The translations under genes and the position numbers were made by a program. Below are positions 24,601 through 36,789 of a stretch of DNA of 39,170 nt, piece by piece. The notes beneath the pieces are model-generated. The model saw only the letters and a program-made list of their open reading frames with translations, was not told the origin of the DNA and ran no database searches. The stretch is taken from positions 7,587,000 through 7,626,169 of the forward strand of contig JBOZIK010000001.1 in the NCBI GenBank assembly GCA_051453625.1, written 5' to 3'. Every line of letters begins with the position of its first letter. Positions within the stretch are counted from its first letter, which is position 1. This stretch comes from Welwitschia mirabilis. Its lineage: Eukaryota.

Positions 24601-26462
24601 GCTCGAATTTTCTTTTTTCGAGTAATAAGGATGCCTCTTAGAAAGCTTTCATATCTTACTAAGTTATCTATTATTTTTGTTAATGGATAATTAGTAATTT
24701 GTTCACATAATTATTCTATTGTAATTGAAGAATTGACTATGTTCTTTTTGAAAAACACTGTTGTAGACCTTAGTGCCCTATTTCTCATAATCAAGTTGAA
24801 AATATAGTACCTACAATAAAAAATAAATTTTAAATGGTTTAAAATTTGATCCATTAAATTCATCAAAGAATAAAATAAATGAGGAAGTACTTATCAAAAT
24901 ATTGAATGATGACCAAATATTCTATCTTTGTATCTTAGAAGATGCCTTACATACTCATTTAGCTTTACATACTTCATGCTCTGTGTAAGAATGTTACACT
25001 TACCGATAGGAAATAATGATGGAAATGACATTGATCGCATACCTCTAATGTTAAATTCATTGATCGATGACTCTCCTAATAATGACCATTACACATTTAT
25101 GGTGGATTATTGCATGAGTTTTATAGCTAATTCTTTATAGTATTAAGTTTTCTTTCAAGTTGAGGACATTGAGTGGCAACTAAGAATATGTATTGAACAA
25201 TGTTAGACTCTTCTATTTTTAGAATTGGACCATTAAAATGTAGCTTCATTTCCTCTTTTTCTTTACTAAGAGTAATGTATTGAAGCATATGAAAGACATT
25301 AACATCTTCATTATCACTGATATCATCTAGGGCATGCGATTTTAAAGGATGATTCTCCTTCTTAAAGAATAAGGAATAATAAACTTGCATCTTATCTACA
25401 AAAAAATTATATTTAATGCTAATTTAATCTTTTTTCTTTAAAATAAGAATTAGTATTTGTGTAATTTTATAAGGCAAAACCTTAGTAATATGGGAGACAT
25501 CTTGTGAAAAGATTATTGTGTGCTCTTGATATACCAATTAGCCACTAGTTGCATGTGTTACTTGAAGCAACGAATTTATCCTTAAAATAAGCATCTCTTC
25601 AACTTGTGTAAGGTAAGATAAAACAAATGGCTAAGGCCTTGGAACCATGTCATTAGAGTAAAAAAATGTTTAACTTCTTCATTATAAACTGTAATGCCTT
25701 CCTTTTTCTCATATTGACACTGTCTATAGTAGGGTCATGTCTATCTTAAACCAATTCTATAGATTGTTACATATCATTATAAATTGTGCATGATTTTGGC
25801 TATGCAAATACTCGTATTTCTCTCCAAAATATCTCAATTTATTTAGATATATCAAAATCATGTTTATATAAGTTAGGATATGAATCTAATGGTTTTTAAA
25901 GAGTTCTTATAGAGGAGACAAGATTAAAGTTTGATATTATTGCATTACTCTACCTTTTTCGTCATTCTCTTCATAATCATGATTATTGAGCATGATAAAC
26001 ATCCTCTTCCATTATATGTTTCTATCATCTTACATATTCTTGTCTTCTTGTTAATGATAAAGGACTCTGTATGGTACATATATAACTTATATGTGTCATA
26101 TAATTGTCTACTGATTGATAATTGACTTCTACTGAGGGGGTAATGTCCATAGACATGTCTTCCATTTGTTGATTTAGCTCCTGCATTATAAGATCATTCA
26201 AGTGTTATACTATAATACTAGATGATGTAGTACTATGTGGAGGAGCTGTGTTATTCATGGTTTTCATAAAGAATAAATTGATTTAGTTGCAAATCTAATA
26301 TTGATAAAATAGTAAATCTATAAACAAAAATAACTCATACCTTTTACATGTGTTTATAGAGTTTGATGATTGAGCAATTTTCCTATGAAGTCTTTATCTC
26401 TCACGATATCTTCTTTGCCTTTCACGATTTAGAGCTCATTGACACTTAATTGTGGAATCCAT
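18650..26462 (-). mobile_element. Degenerate RepHel (HUH Rep plus PIF1 helicase) of Helentron/Helitron2 type, with introns and gap-associated duplications
   Basis: Basic N-terminus 'NRERQRRYRER' (~26400-26430); 'LTQVEEMLI' (~25587-25613); 'SINEFN..MSFPSLFPIG'; motif 1 'IFFTLSAADLYWPDL' (~24520-24565); motif 2 'FEW*HIGSPHVHGF' (~24303-24347); motif 3 'YISKYASKSE' (~23655-23685, again ~22622-22650); Walker A relic 'EIVESGKYF' (~21140-21165); 'LTPTRVIA'; 'ILNEMSFIG'; 'FGERSIILIGDL'; 'LVNG'; C-terminus 'LSKACIDIG..MKSIESLKILHPLSKQRY'. Confidence 0.93.
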
Positions 26463-27485
26463 TCTAGAGAAATAAAAGTTAATGAAAAAAACTACATTTG
26501 AAAAATGAACATAATTAAAAGAATGACATAAGTATAAAATGATTTTAAAAAATTTAGTTAAAAAACCTACATGAAAAACAATAAGTGACATAATCTAACA
26601 AACTCTAGTGTATGAAAATTTAATTCTAAAATACTTGTTTAATAATATTTCTAATAAAAAATAATTTTTTTTAAAAAACTTACTTTTTGAAGAATAGTAA
26701 ATGTAAAACCTTGATTAAAGAAATAAATCAACTAAGAAGAAAAATTAAATGTCAAAGAACCATCAATTTAGAAAATAAAATCGATTATGGAATCCTAAAG
26801 TCTAAAAAATGTAATTTAAAAAGATATTGATTTTAAAAAACCTATATTTAAGAACACCTAATTTAATAATATGACCTTCTTATAAGGATTGAATGTGACC
26901 CCATTAGTTAGGTTTTCCCTTTAAATTTAGGCTTATATGTTTTTAAGTAATAACTTTATTTCATTAAATAGTAATAGTAACTTTTAAAAATTTAATAATG
27001 TACATGAAACTTAATGTAAAAAACTATTTATTCAAGAAAGATACTTCAAAATATAAAAAACATAACTTATATAAATTCCAAATCAAAAAAGAAAATGATA
27101 AATTTGAAGTTTAAATAATGCATTTAATGGAGCTTTGCCTTTGATGCTCATAATAACAATCTTTTAAGTTCTTTGCCACTAGCATTCACTCAGATTTTTG
27201 GCCTTTAGTACTTCAACCTTGGTGGCAACTTCTTTGTCGATAATATTTTGAAGAATTACGACAATATTACAAGTATTTAATACCTTGGCTATCACAAAAA
27301 TAGCCTCAGAGAAAACTTTCTATATGACTTTTCTGTGATTGAAAAAGGAGAGAAACAATTTGAGAAAGTTTTCAAAAAAATCTCAAGAGTGTAAAATAGA
27401 TGATTTTCATGGGGCTTTGTTATCCATTGGAACCTCCTTTTAGAATTTATTTCTTGAGAGTCCATATAAAATTTCTAATATATCA

Positions 27486-27791
27486 TTGGATTTTCTGAGG
27501 GAAAAAATATTTTAAACATTTAAAGCAAAGATCTATTTTTCTTAGATAAGAAGGAAAAGAAAGAGCTACACTTTTATTTACTAATAAATAATCTGAAATG
27601 AACAATCAAGAATCTCCTTGTTAAATTTGCTTCGTAATCATATATAAAAATATATGATATGTGATTGAATTTTTAGGGAAAAATATATTTTAAACTTTTA
27701 AAGCAAAGAGCTACACTTTTATATAAGCAAAGAAAGAAAGATATATGTTTATATCGATCATCAAAAACAATCTAAAATGAACATTCAAGAA
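27486..27791 (+). repeat. Diverged ~180 bp-period tandem duplication upstream of RepHel
   Basis: agggaaaaa.at.ttttaaac.tttaaagcaaaga... and aatct.aaatgaaca.tcaagaa each occur twice (27486-27612 and 27665-27791). Confidence 0.75.
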
Positions 27792-28459
27792 AGATAATAA
27801 ATAGCAAGCAATTTTTAAAACTTTTCATACCTGAGTATTGTAGCTTTAGAAAAGTTTTACCAATCATTGAGATATTTCTTTAAAGTGTTTTGATAAAGTG
27901 ATTTCTTTAGAGTGTTTAAATTGTATTTTAATTAAGCGAATTATTTCAAGTAGTTTGATTATGTTTTGATTGCATTCCTTTGTTACACCTTGTACCTGGA
28001 TAGAAAGATCGTATAAAGCTTTACTATTTTCTCGGGCTGAGTTTGAGTATTCCTTGCATAGCTTAGATGGAGGACAAAAAAAGACCTCTTGTAAGGGGTT
28101 AGGATTATTAGTTAGATATCACTCTAAAAATTCTAGAACTCTAACCTTANNNNNNNNNNNNNNNNNNNNNNNNNNNNNNNNNNNNNNNNNNNNNNNNNNN
28201 NNNNNNNNNNNNNNNNNNNNNNNNNNNNNNNNNNNNNNNNNNNNNNNNNACTAGCGTGTTGTATTTTGCATCTTACTTATAATTGAAAGGATTGAATTTG
28301 AACGTGAACTATTCCATAAATACACACCGCAACATTCACCAATCATTGAGCTATTTCTTTAAAGTGTTTTGATAAATTTATTTCTTTAAAGTGTTTAAAT
28401 TGTATTTTAATTAGGTAAATTATTTCAAGTAGTTTGATTATGTTTTAATTATGCACCTT

Positions 28460-28978
28460 TGTTACACCTTATACCTGAATAGAGAGATCATATAAAGCTT
28501 TACTATTTTCTAAGATTGAGGTTGAGTTTTCCTTGCACAGCTTATATGGAGGACAAAAAAAGGCCTCTTAAAAGGGGTTAGAGTCATTAGTTAGATATCA
28601 CTCTAGAAATGCTAGAACTCTAACCTTACATAAAAACCTATAGACCAAGGGATAGCATCAGGTAGACAATTTCTATATAGCGTAGGCCTCCCAAAAGATA
28701 ACGGAGGTGTGCAAAAATTTCCTCAGGCTAGATGACCATCAGTTCTCGAGTCTAAAGGTATAATTGATCTTAACTACATAACCTACCCATCTAGCAGGGA
28801 TAAAAAATCAGCCTTAGTAATTCTACAGTGCTGAGTGAAAGGGCCATTGATCAACAAATAAAAGTTACTCTAGTATAGGATAAATATGATCCATTAAATT
28901 AGCTTTGTAGTCTCATAATTTATTTTTAATAGATCATTTAATTTTAAAATTTAAAATAATTAAAAAATAGGTGTAACA
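28460..28978. mobile_element. Solo LTR candidate (gypsy-like, ~520 bp); partial second copy at 27981-28149
   Basis: Perfect 10 bp terminal inverted repeat TGTTACACCT...AGGTGTAACA. No clean TSD, PBS or PPT seen. Confidence 0.6.
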
Positions 28979-29729
28979 TTATTTAGAACATCATCAATGG
29001 CTGTGGATGGCCTCTGTCTACAATTCCCAGTCTTAGGCATTTTGCCATAATCAAGGTTCAAGGATCATTTAATAAAATTTGTGATTGCACTTCCAAACTA
29101 ATATAGACGTCCCTTTTACCCATCTTACCTTGCTTTTCCAATGACATTTTCACTTATGGCATGGTCGTGTATTTTTTCTTTGTGTCTTTGATTGGTGTTT
29201 GATCATCCTCTAATGATATCACCTACTTCCTATTAGTATCATCCTATAAATGATACAACTATCTATTCATTATTGCCTTGAATGCATCATTTTCTATCTT
29301 CTTAACCACATATCTTTCTTTCATGGTTTCGATTAGTAATTCACTATCCTCTAATCTAGTGTTTCCCATTTTCTTCATCTGTGCTTCTATTGATACTTCT
29401 AAGTTTTTTCCTTTACATGATTAAGCAACATGGGATGTATTAACACTTTTGAGGGGTAGGATATATTTTCATAATTTTTACACATTTTAAACTAGTTTAT
29501 GAGGTCATTTTGAGCATGCGCATGATGTATTTAACTACATTCACCTAATGTCATATGATGTATCATGTATTTATGATTGAGTAGGCTACACAAACATAGA
29601 ATTAGACAGGCCAAGATTAAGGTCAAAGCTGTTGAATGAGAGGTGGGCTTATTGGCACCATTAAAGATTGAGTAAGTAAAGCCAATCCATCCTCCACCTC
29701 GACATGCTCGATCTTTGACTATCTAGACC

Positions 29730-31100
29730 ATGTTCATTCATGTCAAGAGGCACTTTAGTGACTTAATGAGCCACATGGAGCATGAGGTAAACCAACGACT
29801 TATAGCTCTAATGGATTTTAAATGCTTAGAAAACATATTATATATTTAAGAGCAAGGATTTTTATAACACTATGAATGTAGAGCATTGTACTAATGCCAA
29901 TGGCTAGCTAGTAGATATGATTATAACTATGATTCGAGATTATGAGATTGTCATCCTTCTAAATCACATTGCAGTAGTAACAAATCTTAGTGGTATTGGA
30001 AGCATTCATATACATTCAACTGGTGGAATAGAGGAGCAACCTCTGTATGATGCAATATTAGATATACTAGCAGATTTGACTTTAAATATGTGGGGCATCT
30101 TAGTGACATAATTAATACTTGCTTATCAAATTTTGCATAGAGGGCTGATTCACAACATCAGCTCATCTTTTCATGACAGTTATGCCATAGTGGCACATTT
30201 ATAGTATTTAGGGTAAGTAGATGGACTTACCCACATTCATATGAAGGAGACTAAGGTCTATGGTAGAGGCATGGCAGCTTCACATTCTAGGATATCCGTG
30301 CCTCCTCTTAACCATGTTTAGATGCTTTAGTATATCAAAGCCTATAGATGAGCATTGATTCACGCATATACAAACATTTTTACCTATAGAACATGGTCAT
30401 TCAGTTATGAGGAGAGGTAAGAGTTCTTAGGTTTAGAGATCTAACTTAATGCTTCAATTAAGTAGATCTAGGCCCTTCTAGTAAAGATCACTAAAACTAT
30501 TAAAGGGATTATTTATACATAAAAGAATATCTACATTAGAGCAGAGGATCCAAATAATTGAGAGAAGAGNNNNNNNNNNNNNNNNNNNNNNNNNNNNNNN
30601 NNNNNNNNNNNNNNNNNNNNNNNNNNNNNNNNNNNNNNNNNNNNNNNNNNNNNNNNNNNNNNNNNNNNNATTGGAAGCATTCATATACATTCAACTAGTG
30701 GAATAGAGGAGAACCCTATGTATGATGCAACATTAGATATACTAGCATATTTGACTTTAAATATGTGGGGCATCTTGGTGACATAGTTAATACTTGCTTA
30801 TCGGATTTTCAATAGAGGGCTGATTCACAACATTAGCTTATCTTTTCATGATAGCCATGCCATAGTGGCACATTTATAGATACTAGTAGTATTTAGGATA
30901 AGTAGATTAACTTACCCACATTCATATGAAGGAGACTCAGGTCTATGGTAGAGGCATGACAGCTTCACATTCTAGGATATCCGTGCCTCCTCTCAACCAT
31001 GTTTAGATGCTTCAATATATCAAAGCCTGTAGATGAGCATTGATTCACGCATATACAAACTTTTTTACCTATATAACATGGGCATTCAGTTATGAGGCGA
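29730..31100 (+). pseudogene. Athila-type env-like / 'putative plant transposon protein' ORF relic, partly duplicated across a gap
   Basis: 'FYNTMNVE..IITMIRDYEIVILLNHIAVVTNLSGIG', 'YQILHRGLIHNI', 'INLPTFI*RRL..LGYPCLLSTMFR'; followed by ttagtggggga (~31453) and an LTR. Confidence 0.6.
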
Positions 31101-31344
31101 GGTAAGAGATCTCAGGTTCAAAGATCTACACTTAATGCTTTAGTTGAGTAGATCTATGCCCTTTTAGTAGATACTACTAAAACTATTAAAGGGATTATTT
31201 GTACATAAAGGAATCTCTACATTAGAGCAGAGGATCCAAACAAGTGAGAGAAGAGTATAGCACACTAAGGAATAGCTAGTGGATGTGCAATAAGGCATCC
31301 TATAAATAGAGCATAATGTGCAATAAGGCATCCTTTTACACCTA

Positions 31345-31368
31345 ATATATATATATATATATATATAT
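31345..31368. repeat. (AT)n microsatellite
   Basis: About 12 AT units. Confidence 0.95.
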
Positions 31369-31771
31369 TTAAGTATCATTTTTTTTATTACACTTCATGA
31401 TGAGGACTAGACTATTTGTATTATCCATAATTATCTTTATATACTATACATTTTAGTGGGGGACTATTAATTATTATTTATTTAATGTCTATCTTTTTAA
31501 AAACATTTTTATAAGCTCTTATTTTTCAAAATCCATTTTTAAGCTTGTCTTCCCCTATATCATTTTGATGACCTTCAAGACGATAATACAACCAGTTGTA
31601 CTACATAAGTAAAATGTTAAATTATCTATTTTTAACATTTTTATTNNNNNNNNNNNNNNNNNNNNNNNNNNNNNNNNNNNNNNNNNNNNNNNNNNNNNNN
31701 NNNNNNNNNNNNNNNNNNNNNNNNNNNNNNNNNNNNNNNNNNNNNNNNNNNNNNNNNNNNNNNNNNNNNNN

Positions 31772-33101
31772 CTGTCAAATTTGATGTATTTGATAGAATA
31801 TTTTAAGTAGTTTTGTAATACATTAAATAGGTTTATGCTGAGTTTCAACGATAATGAAGAGCTAAGCAAATGTTATGAAAACATGTAATCTTTATTACAT
31901 TTGATAGCATCTAAAGAAATTTATAATACTTTCTATTTGAAATAATTCTCCTGTACATTAAATACTTTAGAAAATTCCATCATCCATGCATTGTCTAGAT
32001 GACTATGTAGATGATAAAAACACTTAAGCTAAGAAGGATGCTAACTAAATTAATTTGGCATCTAATGTGGAACTCTTATGAGATGGCATTATCTTCTATG
32101 ACATCTGGATAATCAATAGGATGACACCTGAGATAAGTACTTTACTGAACTTTGCCAAAATTTAACCATCTATCTCATACTTTCTTACATAGTTTTTAGT
32201 ATTATTTATGCATTTGTTAGCCTTTTTTAATTTTAGAATCTATTTTGTAATGAGTACCTACTCTACCTTTGACTCTATNNNNNNNNNNNNNNNNNNNNNN
32301 NNNNNNNNNNNNNNNNNNNNNNNNNNNNNNNNNNNNNNNNNNNNNNNNNNNNNNNNNNNNNNNNNNNNNNNNNNNNNNTTTGACTCTATTTTTATCTTTA
32401 TTTGTACTTGTAATGATCATGATAGAAGTTCAAGGGGCTACAGGTCCATCTATTATTGTTACAGATAGATGTCTTCCTTGGTGTTAGGCTATGTATCCTT
32501 TATTGAGGTATTTGTTGCTTTGTAACATGGAAGCTAATTCGCTTTTAATCAAAAATCTATTTTTCTTTTTATGTATTTTATTTTGTGCATTTTTCTTATG
32601 GTTTATATTACCTTTGATTACATGATATTTCTTTGGTAATATTAATCATGAGGATAACCTTTGTTAAGGTTGAGATTATTAGTTTAAGTGCAATGCATTT
32701 CATTTCCTAAATTAACTTTGCATTGTTTTCATATTCTGTTCAATGTCCNNNNNNNNNNATGATTACTTTTCTTAATTAATCTAGATTATATAAGGTCAAT
32801 TTCCATGATGGATTGATTTGGTAATTAGATGAAAGTTGCATTTAGTTAAAACCTACATTTCATTTGCATAGTGTGTTTATTTGCATTGTTATTTTCATTG
32901 TTATTTTAGTCTACTTTGAGGATATAATATTTAATTTGTAAAATCAATTATCTTTCTTTTCTCTTGTATCTTCAATGATAATACAAAATTTAGGTCACTT
33001 CCATCTATATTAGTATATTGTGTGATATAAAATCTATATATATCTATGATTAATAAGATCTATTTGAGGACATAACATTTGCACAAATATGCATCACAAC
33101 A
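31772..33101 (+). mobile_element. Athila-like LTR (probable 3' LTR of the env-bearing element)
   Basis: Shares blocks with the LTR at 34267-36354 (ggctatgtatcct..attgag; cctttgttaaggttga) and ends gcacaaatatgcatcacaaCA. Confidence 0.7.
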
Positions 33102-33551
33102 ACTACCATAGTATAGATCATCATACAAATTTTATCAAGTATCATAACATGAACTTTCTAAAATTAATATATTTAGCCATATATGCAGATGTGTATCTAG
33201 TAAGAATTAGATTTGTCTTAACCAAAATTCAAACATAACTTTCAAATACCTCTAAGGTATCTAATGTTCCATTTCACTGACTACCAATGCTCTTTGCCAA
33301 TATTTTTAAAAACCTAAAAAATAACTCTAGTATCATAAGTAATATCTAATCTTGGCATACTATAGCATACATCAAGCTAGCAATTACTAATGCATAAAGC
33401 ACATTCTTGATTTCTTCCTTTTCTTTCTCACTTAAAAGTATTTTCTTAAAGCTGAGATTAAAGTGATTTATAAGTGAAGAACATAGTGTCTTTTCTTTGC
33501 TTGTTAAATATTTTAATCATTTTTTAATGTATCTTTCCTGAGATATCCATA
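33102..33551 (-). pseudogene. Copia RT C-terminus/RNaseH start fragment
   Basis: 'ISQERYI', 'NHFNLS..SEKEKEEIKNVLYALVIASLMYAIVC', 'NIGKEHW*SVKWNIRYLRG' match Tnt1-like pol. Confidence 0.85.
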
Positions 33552-34266
33552 TGATGCTATGCCAATTTGTAGGAATTTGATGGTGTATTTTGAGTGCTTT
33601 TGTAGGACTTTTATACAGGCTTGAATGCAATGCTGATGATTATGGAGAACTAATAAGAAGATCACTGGAACATGCAATTCTTAGCATGTTTGTAGGCTTC
33701 TCAAGCTATTCTAATACTTCATACTTTGAAAGAAGGATTTACTATGCAAAAAACTGATTTCTCTTTAAGGTTGAAGATGAATAAGCCTATTGTTCCCTTT
33801 GTCATTTACATGATAGACAGGATGATAGCACTGCTAACATGGGGAGTCTATGGAGTTGACTATGGGGCCTGAAGCTAATGAACCATCTTTTAACATGAAG
33901 TGACATACCCATTATCATTTCCATGATAATTAGGATGACAGTTATTTTCTATGACAGAAAGATTTATCTTTGTAATGGGGTCATGTGACCCATTTGGGCT
34001 ACTCGAGTTTCCTTTTTAACTTCTAGAACTTCAATGTAAAACTATATGTACCTTTCCTTTTCTTCACTTTCTTTTTCATATTTTAGACACAATGTTCTTA
34101 TAATAGAAGACTGAAGAACAAGAGGTCCATCTAGTAGCTACAAAAAGAAGTTTACCTTGGTGTTGGGCTAAGTATCCTCCATTGAGGTACTGCTACTTTA
34201 TTTTAAGTGGATGTAAAATTTCATGATTAATTCAACTAATATTTTTATGATAATTATATAAATTTC
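33552..34266 (+). mobile_element. 5' part of another Athila-like LTR, interrupted by the next element
   Basis: Starts TGATGC; homologous to the start at 34267 (atttgatgg..tttt..gagt..tttt.taggactttt) and to 32430-32520. Confidence 0.65.
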
Positions 34267-36354
34267 TATTGCACTGCCACTTTACAATTATTTGATGGGG
34301 TTTTGTGAGTTGTTTTATAGGACTTTTATATAGATTTAGGTATAGTGCTGAGGATTTTGGAGATATAAGAGAAAATCTCAAAAAAGTATGATTTTTATCC
34401 AAATTCAATGTANNNNNNNNNNNNTTTCTGATGCACAAAGATTTAAAGAAGGATTCATGACAAAAATGCTAAGTTTTCTTCAAAGAAATAATCTAAGAAG
34501 ACCATTATCACCTCCACCATCCCACAATAAGTAGGACAATGACTGTTGATATGGACTATTAAGTCACCATTTTGAGAATATTTTATAATGTACTATCATT
34601 TCCATTATCATCCAAATGATAGCCTGAATGACACTGACATGTAACTGACTCTAGCAACTACCCTTGACTATTTCATTCATTTTTGAGTTATAAAAGAGTA
34701 CACCTTTTTGCATCTGTCATCTATCTTTTTTTATTGTATGGTGTTATAAATAAATCCCCTTTGTACTTAGTGGAGGGCTATGTATCCTCCATTGAGACCT
34801 AGCTATTTTGTAACATAGATGTTATTACTCTTTTAATATAAAACTTATGTTTTTTTCATGTTTACATCTTAGGTTTTCTGATTGCCCTTATGGTTTATGA
34901 TTGCACTTAATCTGGTGATAGTTTCTTGGATAACATAGATCATCAAGGGCATCCTTTGTTAAGGTTGAAAGCAAATATAGTTAGGGTTATTTTTGCATTG
35001 CATGATAGTTTAGATTGCATATTACATTTTGCATTGTTTTTACTTTTGGTTCCTAGTTTCATTTGCAAAGTAACCTAAGTCTCATTCTCATAAACTTTAA
35101 TGTGGATACAACATTTTGAATTAACTTTTATTATACTCGTATGATGTATTATGTAAGATATCTATTTTGATTATAAATGATAGGATCTCTTTGAATGNNN
35201 NNNNNNNNNNNNNNNNNNNNNNNNNNNNNNNNNNNNNNNNNNNNNNNNNNNNNNNNNNNNNNNNNNNNNNNNNNNNNNNNNNNNNNNNNNNNNNNNNTTA
35301 AAGGCACTTTCTGATGAACAAATCTTTGAAGAATGATTCATGACAAAAATGCTAAGTTTTCTTCAAAGAAATAATCCAAAAAGACCATCATCACCTCCAC
35401 CATCCCATAATAAGTAGGACGACGACTGTTGATATGGGTTATTAAGTTACCATTTTGAGAATATTTTATTATGTACTGTCATCCCCATTATCATCCAGAC
35501 GATAGCCTGAATGACACTGATATGTAACTGACTCTGACAGCTATCCTTTACTGTTTCATCCATTTCTGAGTTATAAAAGAGCATGCCTTTCTGCACCTAC
35601 CATCTGTCTTTTTCTGTTGTATGTTGTTATAAATAAATCCCCCTTTGATTCTCCTTCTCATCTTCATTGCACCAGAAATCCTTGTGATAGGAGATTGAAA
35701 GTCAGGAGATCTATCGATGTGTGTTGTAGAAATATGTGTACTTAGTGGAGGGTTGTATATTCTTTATTAAGATCCAGCTATTTTGTAACATAGATGTTGT
35801 TACTCTTTTAATATTAAACTTGTTTTTTTTTTTTTTTGCATGTTTACATCTTATGTTTTATGATTATCCTTATGATTTATAATTTCCCTTAATCTNNNNN
35901 NNNNNNNNNNNNNNNNNNNNNNNNNNNNNNNNNNNNNNNNNNNNNNNNNNNNNNNNNNNNNNNNNNNNNNNNNNNNNNNNNNNNNNNNNNNNNNNTTAGG
36001 TTTTCTGATTATCCTTATGATTTATAATTGCCCTTAATCTAGTGATAATTTCTTGGATAACATAGATCATTAATGGCAGCCTTTATTAAGGCTGAAAGCA
36101 AATAGAGTTAGGGTTATTTTTTCATTGCATGATAGTTTAGATTACATATTTCATTTTTCATTGTTCTTTACTTTTGATTTCTAGTTTCATTTGCAAAGTA
36201 ACCTAAGTCTAATACTCATAGAATTTAATGTGGATACAACATTTTGAGTTAACTTTTATTATACTAGTGTGATGTATTATGTAAGATATCCATTTTGGTT
36301 ATAAATGACAGGATCTCTTTGAATGTAAAGCTGGCACAAATACACACTGCAACA
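34267..36354 (+). mobile_element. 5' LTR of Athila-like gypsy element (inflated by gap-flanking duplications)
   Basis: Starts TATTGCA (decayed TGTTGCA) and ends TGCAACA; 34425-35197 is repeated at 35308-36325. Confidence 0.75.
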
Positions 36355-36357
36355 TCT

Positions 36358-36375
36358 TAGCTCCATTACTAGGGA
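36358..36375 (+). promoter_or_regulatory. Decayed tRNA-Asp PBS
   Basis: TAGCTCCATTACTAGGGA versus Athila consensus TGGCGCCGTTGCCGGGGA (12/18; 5 of 6 mismatches are G>A/C>T), 3 nt after the LTR CA. Confidence 0.7.
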
Positions 36376-36789
36376 AGGCTATTGAGAAGTATAAGGGTTA
36401 TCGTCATTTAGGTAAGTATTTTAAACCTCTGTTTGGTTATTTATCTGTGCAGTGTTGTATTTTATTAGGACCTTTAGGTCTTCTATGTGCATTATTTTAG
36501 TTTCTTTTTTTTTTTCTGTAGATTCAGTTTTTTGTAAAAATTTGTGGTTGTCTCCTCTATTGTTCTCATGACAAGATGGATAATAGTCTATAATTTTTAA
36601 TTCTTGGTTTTATTTTTAGATTTTGATTTTTTTGTAGTAAATTATTTTCTGTCATCTCCTGTGATGTCCGAAGGACTAGGTGAATGGCAATGATTCTTGG
36701 TTTTTATGTGTGTCGTCCCTTCTGTCATCCCCACGATAGATAGGACGATGATCTATTATTTTTAATCTATTTTCTATTATTTGCTATTT

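Noticed and set aside
27120..27330. Short coding-like minus stretch ('IDKEVATKVEVLKAKNLSE')
   Set aside because: Too short and unrecognisable to support a call.
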